From the NCBI GenBank assembly GCA_963678065.2, contig CAXXVZ010000004.1, positions 224,001-288,000 on the forward strand: a DNA stretch of 64,000 nt, in the 5' to 3' direction. Position 1 is the stretch's first letter. The number at the start of each line of letters is the position of its first letter. Positions 10,759 to 20,335 of the stretch are shown piece by piece. The notes beneath the pieces were generated by a model that saw nothing but the letters and a program-made list of their open reading frames with translations, was not told the DNA's origin and did not search any database. Source of the DNA: Treponemataceae bacterium (lineage in GTDB: Bacteria > Spirochaetota > Spirochaetia > Treponematales > Rectinemataceae). A program made the translations under genes and the position numbers.

Positions 10759-12062
10759 ACCTGCCGCTCATCATTTTCTTCGCCTCCTTCATCGCCATGT
10801 TCCTTCTCCGCATCCCCATCGGCATGGGCATGATGATGTCCGCGATCTTCTATTTTATCGCGTCGACGAATCCCGCGGCGACGGTCGACATGGTCGCGAC
10901 CCAGTTCCTCACGAACATGAACTCGAGCTTCATCCTCATCGCCGTCCCGCTCTTCGTCTTCATGGCCGAGATCATGAACTCGAGCAAGGTCACCAACATC
11001 ATCTTCGATTTCGCCAGCTCCCTCGTGGGCAGGCGACGCGGCGCCCTCGCCCAGGTCAACATCATCAACTCCATCATCTTCTCCGGAATGACAGGCTCCG
11101 CCATCGCGGACGCCTCCGGTCCCGGCAACATGGAGATGAAGGCGATGAAAGACGCCGGCTACGAGGACGGCTTCACCTGCGCAGTGACGGCGGCCAGCGC
11201 CACGGAGGGCCCCATCATTCCGCCCTCGATTCCCATGGTATTCTACTCGATGCTCTCGGGCGCCTCCGTCGGAGCCCTGTTCATGGGCGGCGTGGTTCCC
11301 GGACTCATACTCGGCCTCGTCATGATGGCCTACGTCGCGGTCATCGCGGTGAAGCGCGATTTCCCGCGCGGAAAGGCCTACACGGTCAGGCAGTTCATCG
11401 TCCTCACCCTCAAGTCCATCCCCGCCCTCTTCACCGTCGTCGTCCTCCTCGGCGGGATCTACACGGGTATCGTGACGCCGACCGAAGCGGGAGCCCTCGC
11501 CGCGGCCTGGGCCCTCATCATCTCCGTGTTCTTCTACCGGGCCTTCAAGTGGAAGGAGCTCAAGGAAGTCCTCATCAACACGGTGAAGACGACGGGGACG
11601 CTGTCCTTCCTCGTCGGATCGGCCTACGCCTTCTCCTACATCGTCGCGATCGAGCACATCCCGGGCGCTGTGGCCAACCTCCTCATGGGCATGACCACGA
11701 ACAAATATGTCATGCTCCTCATCGTCAACATCGCCTTCCTCATCCTCGGCATGTTCATAGACACGATGGCCATCACTCTCGTGTTCATACCGATGATCCT
11801 GCCGGTGATGCGGGCCATGGGCGTCGACCTCGTGCACTTCGGCGTGGTCGTCGTGCTCAACATGATGATCGGTCTCTCGACGCCGCCCTACGGCATGCTG
11901 CTCTTCGTCGTCTCGGGCCTCACCGGCGCGAAGCTGAAGGACGTAATCAGAGAGATGATTCCTTTCATCATCCTCTTCATCGGGGTGCTGTTCCTCATCA
12001 CCTACATCCCGGACCTCGTCCTCTGGCTCCCGAAGATGTCGGGATACAAGCCAGGGCTCTGA
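10755..12062 (+). CDS. dctM: TRAP transporter large permease
   Basis: AVPLF, SGMTGSAIAD, IIPPSIP, TPTEA and TPPYG motifs. ATGA overlap with dctQ. Confidence 0.93.
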   Translation: MNLPLIIFFASFIAMFLLRIPIGMGMMMSAIFYFIASTNPAATVDMVATQFLTNMNSSFILIAVPLFVFMAEIMNSSKVTNIIFDFASSLVGRRRGALAQVNIINSIIFSGMTGSAIADASGPGNMEMKAMKDAGYEDGFTCAVTAASATEGPIIPPSIPMVFYSMLSGASVGALFMGGVVPGLILGLVMMAYVAVIAVKRDFPRGKAYTVRQFIVLTLKSIPALFTVVVLLGGIYTGIVTPTEAGALAAAWALIISVFFYRAFKWKELKEVLINTVKTTGTLSFLVGSAYAFSYIVAIEHIPGAVANLLMGMTTNKYVMLLIVNIAFLILGMFIDTMAITLVFIPMILPVMRAMGVDLVHFGVVVVLNMMIGLSTPPYGMLLFVVSGLTGAKLKDVIREMIPFIILFIGVLFLITYIPDLVLWLPKMSGYKPGL

Positions 12063-12131
12063 TATGGCAGAGAACTACAGTGAATATTATTCCGGCGTTC
12101 TGAAAGCCGGAGAACACCAAGGAGCAGAGCG

Positions 12132-13058
12132 ATGAGCAAGAAAACGATTCAGGACGGCGTATGGCCGACGATGATCACACCCTATAACCCGGACGGAACG
12201 ATCGATTATCCGACGCTCGGGAAACTGATCGACTGGTACATCGAGCGCGGCGTCACGGGACTTTTCGCCGTGTGCCAGTCGAGCGAGATGTTCTTTCTGA
12301 GCCTCGCCGAGCGACTCGAACTCGCCAGGACCTGCGTCAGACTCGCGGCGGGCAGAGTTCCCGTCATCGCCTCGGGCCACGTCGCCGAAACGATCGCCGA
12401 TCAGATCGAGGAGACGAAGATGATGGCCGATACCGGAGTGGAGGCCGTCGTCCTCATCTCGAACCGCTTCGCGCGCAAAAACGAAGGCGACGATGTGTTC
12501 AAAAAGAACCTCGAAACCTTCCTCGCGGGGATCGACGAGAATACCCTTCTCGGATTCTACGAGTGCCCCGCGCCCTACAAGCGCCTCGTGAGCCCGGAGC
12601 TCATGAAATTCGGTGTCGAGACCGGGCGTTTCGGCTTTCTCAAAGACACGAGCTGCAGGATGGCCGACATCAGGGCCAAGCTCGCGGTGGCGGCCGGCAG
12701 CAACTTCAAGCTGTTCAACGCCAACGCGGCGACTCTCCTCGACTCGCTCAAGGCGGGAGGCGCCGGCTACTCCGGCATCATGACCAACTTCCACGCCGAC
12801 CTGTACTCGTGGATATGCGCCAATTGGAAGAGAGAACCCGAGCGGGCGAAAAAACTGCAGGATTTCATCGGCCTCGCCTCGGTGATCGAGTACCAGCTCT
12901 ACCCCATCAACGCGATGTACTCCCTCAGGCTCGAAGGTCTGCCGTTCAATCTTGTGTCGAGGCGCGCGGATGCCTCGCTGTTCACGGAATCCATGAAGCT
13001 CGAGGTCGAGCAGATGATGGCTGTATCGCATCTGTACTCCGAAGAGTACAGGCACTGA
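12132..13058 (+). CDS. DHDPS/NAL-family class I aldolase or dehydratase (sugar-acid catabolism)
   Basis: MITPY, variant CQSSE motif, YECP and Schiff-base KDTS. Confidence 0.85.
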   Translation: MSKKTIQDGVWPTMITPYNPDGTIDYPTLGKLIDWYIERGVTGLFAVCQSSEMFFLSLAERLELARTCVRLAAGRVPVIASGHVAETIADQIEETKMMADTGVEAVVLISNRFARKNEGDDVFKKNLETFLAGIDENTLLGFYECPAPYKRLVSPELMKFGVETGRFGFLKDTSCRMADIRAKLAVAAGSNFKLFNANAATLLDSLKAGGAGYSGIMTNFHADLYSWICANWKREPERAKKLQDFIGLASVIEYQLYPINAMYSLRLEGLPFNLVSRRADASLFTESMKLEVEQMMAVSHLYSEEYRH

Positions 13059-13077
13059 TGGCAAGGAGATTTTCATA

Positions 13078-13542
13078 ATGATCATCACGACGGCGACGGA
13101 GCTCGGGCGATACCGCGGCCTCTCGGCCGCCCTGGACAGGGCAATAAGCTGGATCAGGGAGGGCGGCTTGGAATCTCTCGCTCCCGGGAAACATGAGATC
13201 GACGGGGACAGGGTCTTCGCGCTCGCCTCGTCCTACGAGACGAAGCCCGCCGGGGAGGTCCTCTTCGAGACTCACAGAAAGTACATCGACATACAGATGC
13301 TCTCGGCAGGGCGCGAGTACATCTTGGTGCGCGACGCCGCGCCCTTGCCCGTGAGGACAGCGTACAGCGATGAAAAGGATATCGCGTTTCAGGAGGACGC
13401 CCCCGGAGAAGTGCAGCGAGTGGCCCTCGCGCCGGGAATCGTCGCCATCCTCTTTCCCGAGGACGCCCACAAGCCATGCCTGCGGACCGGCGAGGGCCCG
13501 GAATCCGTCAGGAAGATCGTGGTGAAAGTCCGCGTTTCCTGA
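13078..13542 (+). CDS. YhcH/YjgK/YiaL-family protein
   Basis: FETHRKYIDIQ, FPEDAHKP and KIVVKV motifs. Confidence 0.9.
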   Translation: MIITTATELGRYRGLSAALDRAISWIREGGLESLAPGKHEIDGDRVFALASSYETKPAGEVLFETHRKYIDIQMLSAGREYILVRDAAPLPVRTAYSDEKDIAFQEDAPGEVQRVALAPGIVAILFPEDAHKPCLRTGEGPESVRKIVVKVRVS

Positions 13543-13557
13543 AGGTCCGGCCGGCCA

Positions 13558-14754
13558 TCATCCTTCGCGGCTCAGGTCATTCTCCCGCCCCGTCCTGACC
13601 ATTTCCCGTTCGGGCTTCGGCTTGATCCGGCCGGCCAGTGTCCAGAGGCGGGCCTTCCAGGACCCGAGTCCCACCTCGAGCTGCCAGATGTCCGTGGAGC
13701 CAGTGGCCCAATCCTTTTTCCAGCCAAGACATTCGCCGCCAAACTCGATGAGGCGTCCTTTGCGCGCGTGCCAATCCTCGAGGCTCCGGAAGAGGAGCAC
13801 GTTGCCGACGCCGTGGCGCGCAAATGCTCTGTCGTAGGCGAACACCACAAGCCAGGTCGCTCGGGGCATCATCAGCCAGAACTGGGCCGCGGCTGGCTGG
13901 CCGGCGATCTCGAGGGTCTGAAGGCTCGTCCAGCCCCTCTCTCCCCACAGGATAGCCATGGTCCGGTAATATCGATCCACGGCAAAGACCTCCGCCCGGC
14001 CGGAATCCTCGATCCATTTTTTTTGCCAGGAGATGTCCCTGCAGGCCTGGAACACCTTCCAGGCGTCCGCGCCATCGTCCTTGTCAGGATGGGTGCCCCA
14101 GAGATGGCGGATTGTCACTGATCCGGGATTTTCCGACCGCATTCTCCGCTCCCGCCGCCTGATGTCGGTGAGGACATTGCGTCTTTCTCCGCAGAAAGCC
14201 TCGAAATCCTCGCCCGGCTTCAGCTCCGGGCTGATCGTGAAAAGCCGCCTTTGGACCGGGTAACCCTGCTCCGACAGGGAAGCCATCCAGAGCCCCGCCA
14301 GGTTCCCGTCAGGGCCTTCTTCCAGTCTGTATTGGATGAAGAGGTCGGCTCCGACATACCGCGCGACCGGCCGCATGGCCTGTGCGAGAAGGGAAGAAGC
14401 CTGCTCTCCTGCCCCCATTCCGCAGAGGAAGGGAGGCAGGCGGAAGGCCATATGATCAAGAGCCCGGAGCACTTTCAGGTCCAGGAATTTGCGCCTCTGT
14501 TTCTCCTCGGTGAGGAATACTCCGCCAACCGGGAGGGTTTCGCCCGAGGCGTGCACTTCAAGATACCACGTCCTCTGACCGGAGAGGAAACATGTCCACA
14601 AGGTCGAGAAGTATTCCCAGATCGACCAGGGATTCCCCGCCTCGATGCCAGCGACGAAGCCGGCAACCCGAGGTCGTATCGCTTCCCACGCTTCCAGACT
14701 GTCGAGAAGGATGAGATCGGCCCTGCCGCCGCGCAGCGAAAAATCCACCTTCAT
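13558..14754 (-). CDS. GNAT-family acyltransferase (CelD/BcsL-like)
   Basis: IRRRERR helix and C-terminal AYDRAFARHGVGNVL...IEFGG...WKKDWA acyl-CoA-binding pattern. ATGA overlap with the upstream gene. Confidence 0.75.
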   Translation of the reverse strand: MKVDFSLRGGRADLILLDSLEAWEAIRPRVAGFVAGIEAGNPWSIWEYFSTLWTCFLSGQRTWYLEVHASGETLPVGGVFLTEEKQRRKFLDLKVLRALDHMAFRLPPFLCGMGAGEQASSLLAQAMRPVARYVGADLFIQYRLEEGPDGNLAGLWMASLSEQGYPVQRRLFTISPELKPGEDFEAFCGERRNVLTDIRRRERRMRSENPGSVTIRHLWGTHPDKDDGADAWKVFQACRDISWQKKWIEDSGRAEVFAVDRYYRTMAILWGERGWTSLQTLEIAGQPAAAQFWLMMPRATWLVVFAYDRAFARHGVGNVLLFRSLEDWHARKGRLIEFGGECLGWKKDWATGSTDIWQLEVGLGSWKARLWTLAGRIKPKPEREMVRTGRENDLSREG

Positions 14755-17477
14755 CTACGCCTCCGGTGCCGGCCTGAGAGCGAGGCCAGGTTGCGCTTCA
14801 GACTCCAGAGCGCGTCTTTCCAGCCGCCTATCGGGAAACGGATGCTCCACACAGGCACATCGTGTGTGGCCCACTCCTTTTTCCAGTCCTCGCCCTCCCC
14901 TCCCAGTTCGACAAGACGGATTCCCCGCGCGTGGCTGACCGAGAGGAAATTCCTGAACAGGATGCGGCCGGGACTGAAGCGGAAATGCTCTTTGTCATAT
15001 GCCATCACGGTGACGATGAGGCGGCCGGGACGCAGGACATTGACTTGCCCCGCGAGGATCTTTCCATCCGAGACCAAGACGAGCAACTCCATCGTTTTGT
15101 CCCTCGTCCACGCGGAGAAAATCGCGCGGTGATAGGCCGCAATCGCCGAAGGAGAAAGGTCTTCGCCGGTGGCGGCGCGATCCTCCGCCCATCGGTACAG
15201 GAGGTCGAGAAAGGCCCCGAGGGCCTTTGCGCCTTCGGGACTGCCGAGATCGTCAGCCGAGAAATGACGGGTCAGGAGGGAATGCCCCGTCACCTCCGAA
15301 AGCAGGCGCTCGGACCTCCTGATATTGTAAAGTGATTTCGAACTCTTCGATTTCCAATATTCGTCGATGTCCTCAGGCAGGCGTATGTGGAAATTCCTGT
15401 TGAAAACCTGCTTCGTGTAAGGAACTTTTCTGGCGATGAGCCTGTCTTCAAGGTCGGTGGCGCAGGAGTCCGCGAGCTTGTACAGGCAGATGAGGCTCGC
15501 CCCTGTTTCGAAGCCGATATCGCCGCGGGATTCGAGCAGGGCATCCCAGACCCGCAGCCCTCCTTTCCTGCTCACACAATACAGATCCATGCTTGTGGCA
15601 TGGTAATCGATCGTCCTTATCGTTCTGATCCTGCCAAACCTGCTCTTGTCTTCGGCAAGGACAAAATACGCCTCGTCTGTGCACATGGAGGAATTTTCTC
15701 CGTCAGTCGCCTGCAGATCGAGCCTGAGCGACGCGGGTCCGCCGAGGATGTTCCTCCAGACCGCCTGCTGGTACCCCATGCCGGCGAAGGGATCGAGACC
15801 GCGGGGCACGAAGATGTCCTGATCCGCCACTTTGTCCCAGTCTTTGTCTTCTCTCAGCCAATGAAGCGAGATCCGGAGATCGCCCGTATAAGGCGGCTCC
15901 GAAGGCCCTCCGGAGTCTTCTCCGGCTGTACCGCGGGGCAATCCGTCGGACTGGAATCTGCCCGATTTTTTTATCGCATGCATGAACAGTTCCTTTTCGG
16001 CGGAATCGACGAAAAGGAACCAGAAGATGACAAGGCACGCCGCCGCTCCGGGAAGCGCGGCAAAACCGAGCGAAAGAAGCGTGTCGGGGTGAAAAAACCT
16101 CAGCGCGAGCCGGGTGATCGCGAGATCGACCAGTCCCGGGATCAACACCGAGGGAATGACCCTCGCCGCATATTCGGGGACTCCGATGCGGTACAATTTC
16201 AGGACCCGGGGAAGTATGATTCCCAGGTCGATGATTATGCACGCGGCGAGCGTGCCGAAAGCCGCTCCGACGATCCCCATCATGGAAACGAAGACTATGC
16301 TGAAACCGACATTGAGCAGCATCCCGGCGATGGCGGCCTTGCCTGTCATGCGGTGGTGACCCGTCATCGTGAGCACTGCGGATGCCATCATCTCGGGAAC
16401 GGTGAGCATGATCGCGCAGACAGTGACGATGAGGGGGGCAGCCGCAGCCGAGAAATCCGGTCCGACCCAGGCGAGGAGAAGCGGCCGCGCCGTGGCGAGC
16501 AGAAAGACCCCTATGACTGTGGCGGGTAAAAAGGCGTATTTCGTGCCTGTAGTGAGGAGGAAACGGATCTTGCCCTCCTCGCCTTTTCCCTTCAGCTCGG
16601 CTACGAGCGGGGAAATCGCGTTCCCGAACTGCTTGATCATGAGCAGATAGTATTCCCCGATCTTGGTCGCGACCGAGTATACGGCGACGGCGCGCAGCGG
16701 GTTTGCGACGATGGCGTTGATGATGAAAGAATCCGTCCGCATCTGGATGAGGACCGCAAGGTTGATGAGAAAGGAAAACATGCTGACGGAAGTCACTTCT
16801 CCGAACTCGCCGCGATCCGCGAGCCTCGGGGAAATGCGCGGCCGGTCCTTCGAGACGAGGACAGGTACGATGTACAGCACATGTTCGAGGATCATCACCC
16901 CGAAATTCACCCAGGCCACGGCGATGATCCCTCCGCCTGCACGGAGGGCTAACACGGTGCCGATGCCATACGCAGCGGTCGTGAATGCCTGGATGGAATT
17001 CACGAGCCAGATTTTCTGCCTGCCATAGAGAATGTGCCGGAAAAGGCTCAAGGGGAGGTAGAGAACCGCGCTCCGAAAAACGAGAATCCAGTAGAGGATG
17101 CGGGCCTTGGCCGCCTGCGCGCCTGAGAGGCCGAGAATGCCGTCCAGGAAGGGACTGAGGGCCAGCGCGACAAGAGCCGACACGAGGGCGAGCACAATGT
17201 ACGAGGCCGACAGCGTGCCCACCAGTCTGTCCCGCCTTTCATGATCTTTGCTGCCGGATAACTGCGCTATGTACTTCACGGAAGCTGTCCCGAACCCGAG
17301 ATCGAAGAGTCCGAAAAAACCGGTCACGGAAAAAACCAGGGTCCAGATCCCGTAATCATCCGCCCCGAAGCCCCGGATCATGACAGGCGTCATGAACATG
17401 AACACGAGGAACATCGTGCCGAAACGGAGATAGTTGCTCAGGGTATTGATCGCCACGCGGCCGGTCCTTGTCAGCAT
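14751..17477 (-). CDS. Wzx/MOP-type oligosaccharide flippase fused to a C-terminal CelD/BcsL-like GNAT domain
   Basis: About 500 aa with 12-14 TM segments (DYGIW, DLGFG, GIVGAAFGT), a polar linker, then AYDKEHFRFSPGRIL...VELGG...WKKEWA. Probable ATG at 17477 after GAAGGA. Confidence 0.8.
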   Translation of the reverse strand: MLTRTGRVAINTLSNYLRFGTMFLVFMFMTPVMIRGFGADDYGIWTLVFSVTGFFGLFDLGFGTASVKYIAQLSGSKDHERRDRLVGTLSASYIVLALVSALVALALSPFLDGILGLSGAQAAKARILYWILVFRSAVLYLPLSLFRHILYGRQKIWLVNSIQAFTTAAYGIGTVLALRAGGGIIAVAWVNFGVMILEHVLYIVPVLVSKDRPRISPRLADRGEFGEVTSVSMFSFLINLAVLIQMRTDSFIINAIVANPLRAVAVYSVATKIGEYYLLMIKQFGNAISPLVAELKGKGEEGKIRFLLTTGTKYAFLPATVIGVFLLATARPLLLAWVGPDFSAAAAPLIVTVCAIMLTVPEMMASAVLTMTGHHRMTGKAAIAGMLLNVGFSIVFVSMMGIVGAAFGTLAACIIIDLGIILPRVLKLYRIGVPEYAARVIPSVLIPGLVDLAITRLALRFFHPDTLLSLGFAALPGAAACLVIFWFLFVDSAEKELFMHAIKKSGRFQSDGLPRGTAGEDSGGPSEPPYTGDLRISLHWLREDKDWDKVADQDIFVPRGLDPFAGMGYQQAVWRNILGGPASLRLDLQATDGENSSMCTDEAYFVLAEDKSRFGRIRTIRTIDYHATSMDLYCVSRKGGLRVWDALLESRGDIGFETGASLICLYKLADSCATDLEDRLIARKVPYTKQVFNRNFHIRLPEDIDEYWKSKSSKSLYNIRRSERLLSEVTGHSLLTRHFSADDLGSPEGAKALGAFLDLLYRWAEDRAATGEDLSPSAIAAYHRAIFSAWTRDKTMELLVLVSDGKILAGQVNVLRPGRLIVTVMAYDKEHFRFSPGRILFRNFLSVSHARGIRLVELGGEGEDWKKEWATHDVPVWSIRFPIGGWKDALWSLKRNLASLSGRHRRRR

Positions 17478-17623
17478 CCGACGGTCCTTCGCATCGCTCC
17501 ACCTCTGCAGGTACACAGCTCGGGTACACAGCTATAGTAGGCATCGGCGAAAAACAAGCAATTCTTTACAGATTTGTCCTGTGCTCGGTTGCAGGATCGC
17601 GCCGGAACGGGAATGCGGCGATC

Positions 17624-18514
17624 TCAATTCCCCGCCCACTCGCTCGGGGCGACGCCGCTTTTTTTCTTGAAAAGCCTCGAGAAATAGTACTGGTCGTCGA
17701 AGCCGAGCCTGTAGGCGACCTCCTTCACGGAGATCCCGCCCGAGGCGAGCAGCTCCTTGGCCCTGTTGATCTTGAGCTGGATGAAGTACTGGTAGGGAGT
17801 CATCCCGGTGTAGGCCTTGAAGGACTCGTAGAAGCGGGCCTGGGCGACGCCGAGCTTCTCTCCGACTTCGTCGACGCTCATCGTGCCATATACGTTCTCG
17901 CGCATGAGGAATTTCGCCCGCTCGACGAGAGCCTCCGATTCGCTGTGCTGCTCGGCCTTCCGCGCGCGGCCGAGAATCTCGGCGAGGAGGACCATGACAA
18001 GGGCGCCCGCGCGGAACTGGTAATACGGCTCCTGAGACTCGACGACGGAAAAAATATCCGAGAAAACCGAGAGGATGGACTGCTGCACGCCGACGGGGAA
18101 AAAGGGCGTCGTTGGCGAATGGAAGCCCGAGTCGCGCAGCTCGTCGGCGGAAGGCCCCCGGAATCCGACCCAGTATTCTTCCCATCCTGAGTCCGGGTCG
18201 GGACGGTAGGAGTGCCGCACGCCTGGGAAGACCGCGAGGACGGAACCGGCCAGGACGGGCCAGCTGCGGTCCCCCGAGGTGAAGCTTCCCCTGCCCTTGG
18301 TCACGTAGACGAGTTGGTATTCGTTGACCACCCTCCCGGTGGCGACAGTCTTGTAGGCGGAGGGGTGTCCTACTCCCGAAGGAGGATAGGGGCTGCCGGG
18401 AAGAACCTCGGCCATGCCGACATCGGTGCAGACGATAAGGCGCCTCTCGTCCTCATCGCTCCAGGTGAGATAGGAAGAAAAATTCCTTCGTTCCATCGCC
18501 CCATGATCGGGCAT
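17624..18514 (-). CDS. AraC-family transcriptional regulator
   Basis: Cupin N-terminus (YQLVYVTKGRG, HSY) and C-terminal HTH (VKEVAYRLGFDDQYYFSRLFKK). Confidence 0.92.
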   Translation of the reverse strand: MPDHGAMERRNFSSYLTWSDEDERRLIVCTDVGMAEVLPGSPYPPSGVGHPSAYKTVATGRVVNEYQLVYVTKGRGSFTSGDRSWPVLAGSVLAVFPGVRHSYRPDPDSGWEEYWVGFRGPSADELRDSGFHSPTTPFFPVGVQQSILSVFSDIFSVVESQEPYYQFRAGALVMVLLAEILGRARKAEQHSESEALVERAKFLMRENVYGTMSVDEVGEKLGVAQARFYESFKAYTGMTPYQYFIQLKINRAKELLASGGISVKEVAYRLGFDDQYYFSRLFKKKSGVAPSEWAGN

Positions 18515-18559
18515 GAGGCGAGGTCTTGTCCACAGTCATCGCCGCGCTGCGCGGCGCGG

Positions 18560-18588
18560 TTGCACAGATTGCATAGAAACAGTATACT
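18560..18588 (+). promoter_or_regulatory. Sigma70 promoter of the DEAD-box helicase
   Basis: TTGCAC-17 nt-TATACT. Confidence 0.65.
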
Positions 18589-18738
18589 CTTCCTGTATTC
18601 GGTAGTCCGCGCTTCATGAATCGACTTCTTCTCAACCGTAAGTCGAGCGCATTCCTTCCGAAATCTTCAAGCCCGACCATCACGGCACATTCAATTGCAC
18701 CGGTTTCATGCCGTCCCTGCATTGCAAAAGGATTCTCA

Positions 18739-20202
18739 TTGAACTTCTCTTCCTTCTCATTTCACGCACAGATCCAGTCCAACATCGAGGCACAGGGGTA
18801 TACGACTCCGACTCCGATCCAGAATCAGACCATTCCCGCCATCCTCGAAGGGCGCGACGTCCTCGGACTCGCGCAGACGGGAACGGGCAAAACGGCCGCC
18901 TTCGCGCTTCCCATCCTCCAGCGCCTCCTTGACAAAAAGCGCGACGACAGTGAATCGATTCCCGGAGTACCCCGCAGCAGGATCCCCTCGGGCACGACGC
19001 CAGCCAGGCCCCGCGCCCTCATCCTCTCGCCCACGCGCGAACTCGCCGGACAGACTTGCGAGGCCATCGGAAAGCTGGCCGCGAAGACCGGTGTCTACGC
19101 GACGGCGATCTACGGCGGCGTCACCGTCAAATCGCAGATCAAGGCTCTCGCGAACAGCGCAGTCGAAATCATCGTCGCCTGTCCCGGGCGCCTCCTCGAC
19201 CTCATGCAGCAGAGGGTCATCTCCCTCGACTCGGTCGAAATCCTCGTCCTCGACGAAGCCGACCAGATGTGCGACATGGGCTTTCTGCCTTCGATCAAAC
19301 GCATCATCGCCGCCCTTCCGCGCGCGCGGCAGACCCTGCTTTTTTCCGCGACCATGCCAAGCGAAATCCGCGGCCTCACGCGCGAGTTCCAGCGCGACCC
19401 CGTCCGCGTTGAAATCGGCAATTCCAGGCCGGTCGAGACAGTGAGTCACGCCATCTATCCCATCGGCCAGGCCGACAAGTACGAACTCCTCACGGCCCTG
19501 CTTCCCGACATGGGCGAGGGCCAGGCCCTCATATTCACCCGCACCAAGCACAGGGCCAAGAAACTCGCCCTCCAACTCTCCCGCGCGGGTCTTTCTGCAA
19601 CGGCCCTCCAGGGCAACCTCTCCCAGAACCAGCGACAGATCGCCATGGACGACTTCCGTTCAGGGCGCGTGAAGCTCATGGTCGCCACCGACATCGCGGC
19701 GCGCGGAATCGACATCTCACTCATCTCCCACGTCATCAATTTCGACATCCCCGACACGCCCGAGGCCTACACCCACCGCATCGGCCGCACAGGGCGCATG
19801 CTCAAGAAAGGCACGGCCCTCACCCTTGTCACGCCCGAGGACCAGGCCATGCTGCGCAGCATCGAGAAAGTTGTCGGCGCCCCGATCGAGCGGAAGACCC
19901 TGGAGGGATTCGTTCCCGCGAAGGGGGAAAAGGCGCCCTTCGACGCCCGCTCGCCCAAGGCCAGACCAGAGAGGCCACAGCGGAGCAAGACTGCCCAGAC
20001 TTCCCGTGCTCCGGGCGCAGCCCGGACTCCGAGTGCGGCGCCCCGGACTCCGAGCGCGCCCCGCGCGTCAGGCCCAGCCCGGACTCCCAACGGCTCCCGC
20101 GCCCCCCGCTCACCGTTCACCTCTCCCTACGCCGCGCCGTCGAGGCCTGGCCGCGTGGCCCATGGGCGCCCCCAGACCCGCGCGGAGGGCTGGAGCCGGT
20201 AA
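18739..20202 (+). CDS. DEAD-box ATP-dependent RNA helicase (RhlE-like)
   Basis: TTG start after AAGGA. Q motif, AQTGTGKT, PTRELA, DEAD, SAT, ARGID and HRIGRTGR motifs, with a basic Pro/Arg-rich tail. Confidence 0.93.
   Translation: MNFSSFSFHAQIQSNIEAQGYTTPTPIQNQTIPAILEGRDVLGLAQTGTGKTAAFALPILQRLLDKKRDDSESIPGVPRSRIPSGTTPARPRALILSPTRELAGQTCEAIGKLAAKTGVYATAIYGGVTVKSQIKALANSAVEIIVACPGRLLDLMQQRVISLDSVEILVLDEADQMCDMGFLPSIKRIIAALPRARQTLLFSATMPSEIRGLTREFQRDPVRVEIGNSRPVETVSHAIYPIGQADKYELLTALLPDMGEGQALIFTRTKHRAKKLALQLSRAGLSATALQGNLSQNQRQIAMDDFRSGRVKLMVATDIAARGIDISLISHVINFDIPDTPEAYTHRIGRTGRMLKKGTALTLVTPEDQAMLRSIEKVVGAPIERKTLEGFVPAKGEKAPFDARSPKARPERPQRSKTAQTSRAPGAARTPSAAPRTPSAPRASGPARTPNGSRAPRSPFTSPYAAPSRPGRVAHGRPQTRAEGWSR
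20021..20087 (+). repeat. Short direct repeats encoding the RTP(S) tail of the helicase
   Basis: CCCGGACTCC at 20021, 20042 and 20078. Confidence 0.65.
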
Positions 20203-20335
20203 GTAAGGAATTCGACAGAAAGATTGTGGAGGAGCACAGGGGCCGGAACGCGGAACCTGCCTTCACCGCTTTAATCCATCCCGCGGAAGGTCTTTGTCCA
20301 TTCACGGATCGGGAAATGCGCGTGATACTGTCACC

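Noticed and set aside
12132..13058. dapA or nanA gene symbol
   Set aside because: The signature is CQSSE rather than GTTGE/GSTGE and the context is catabolic, so the substrate cannot be assigned.
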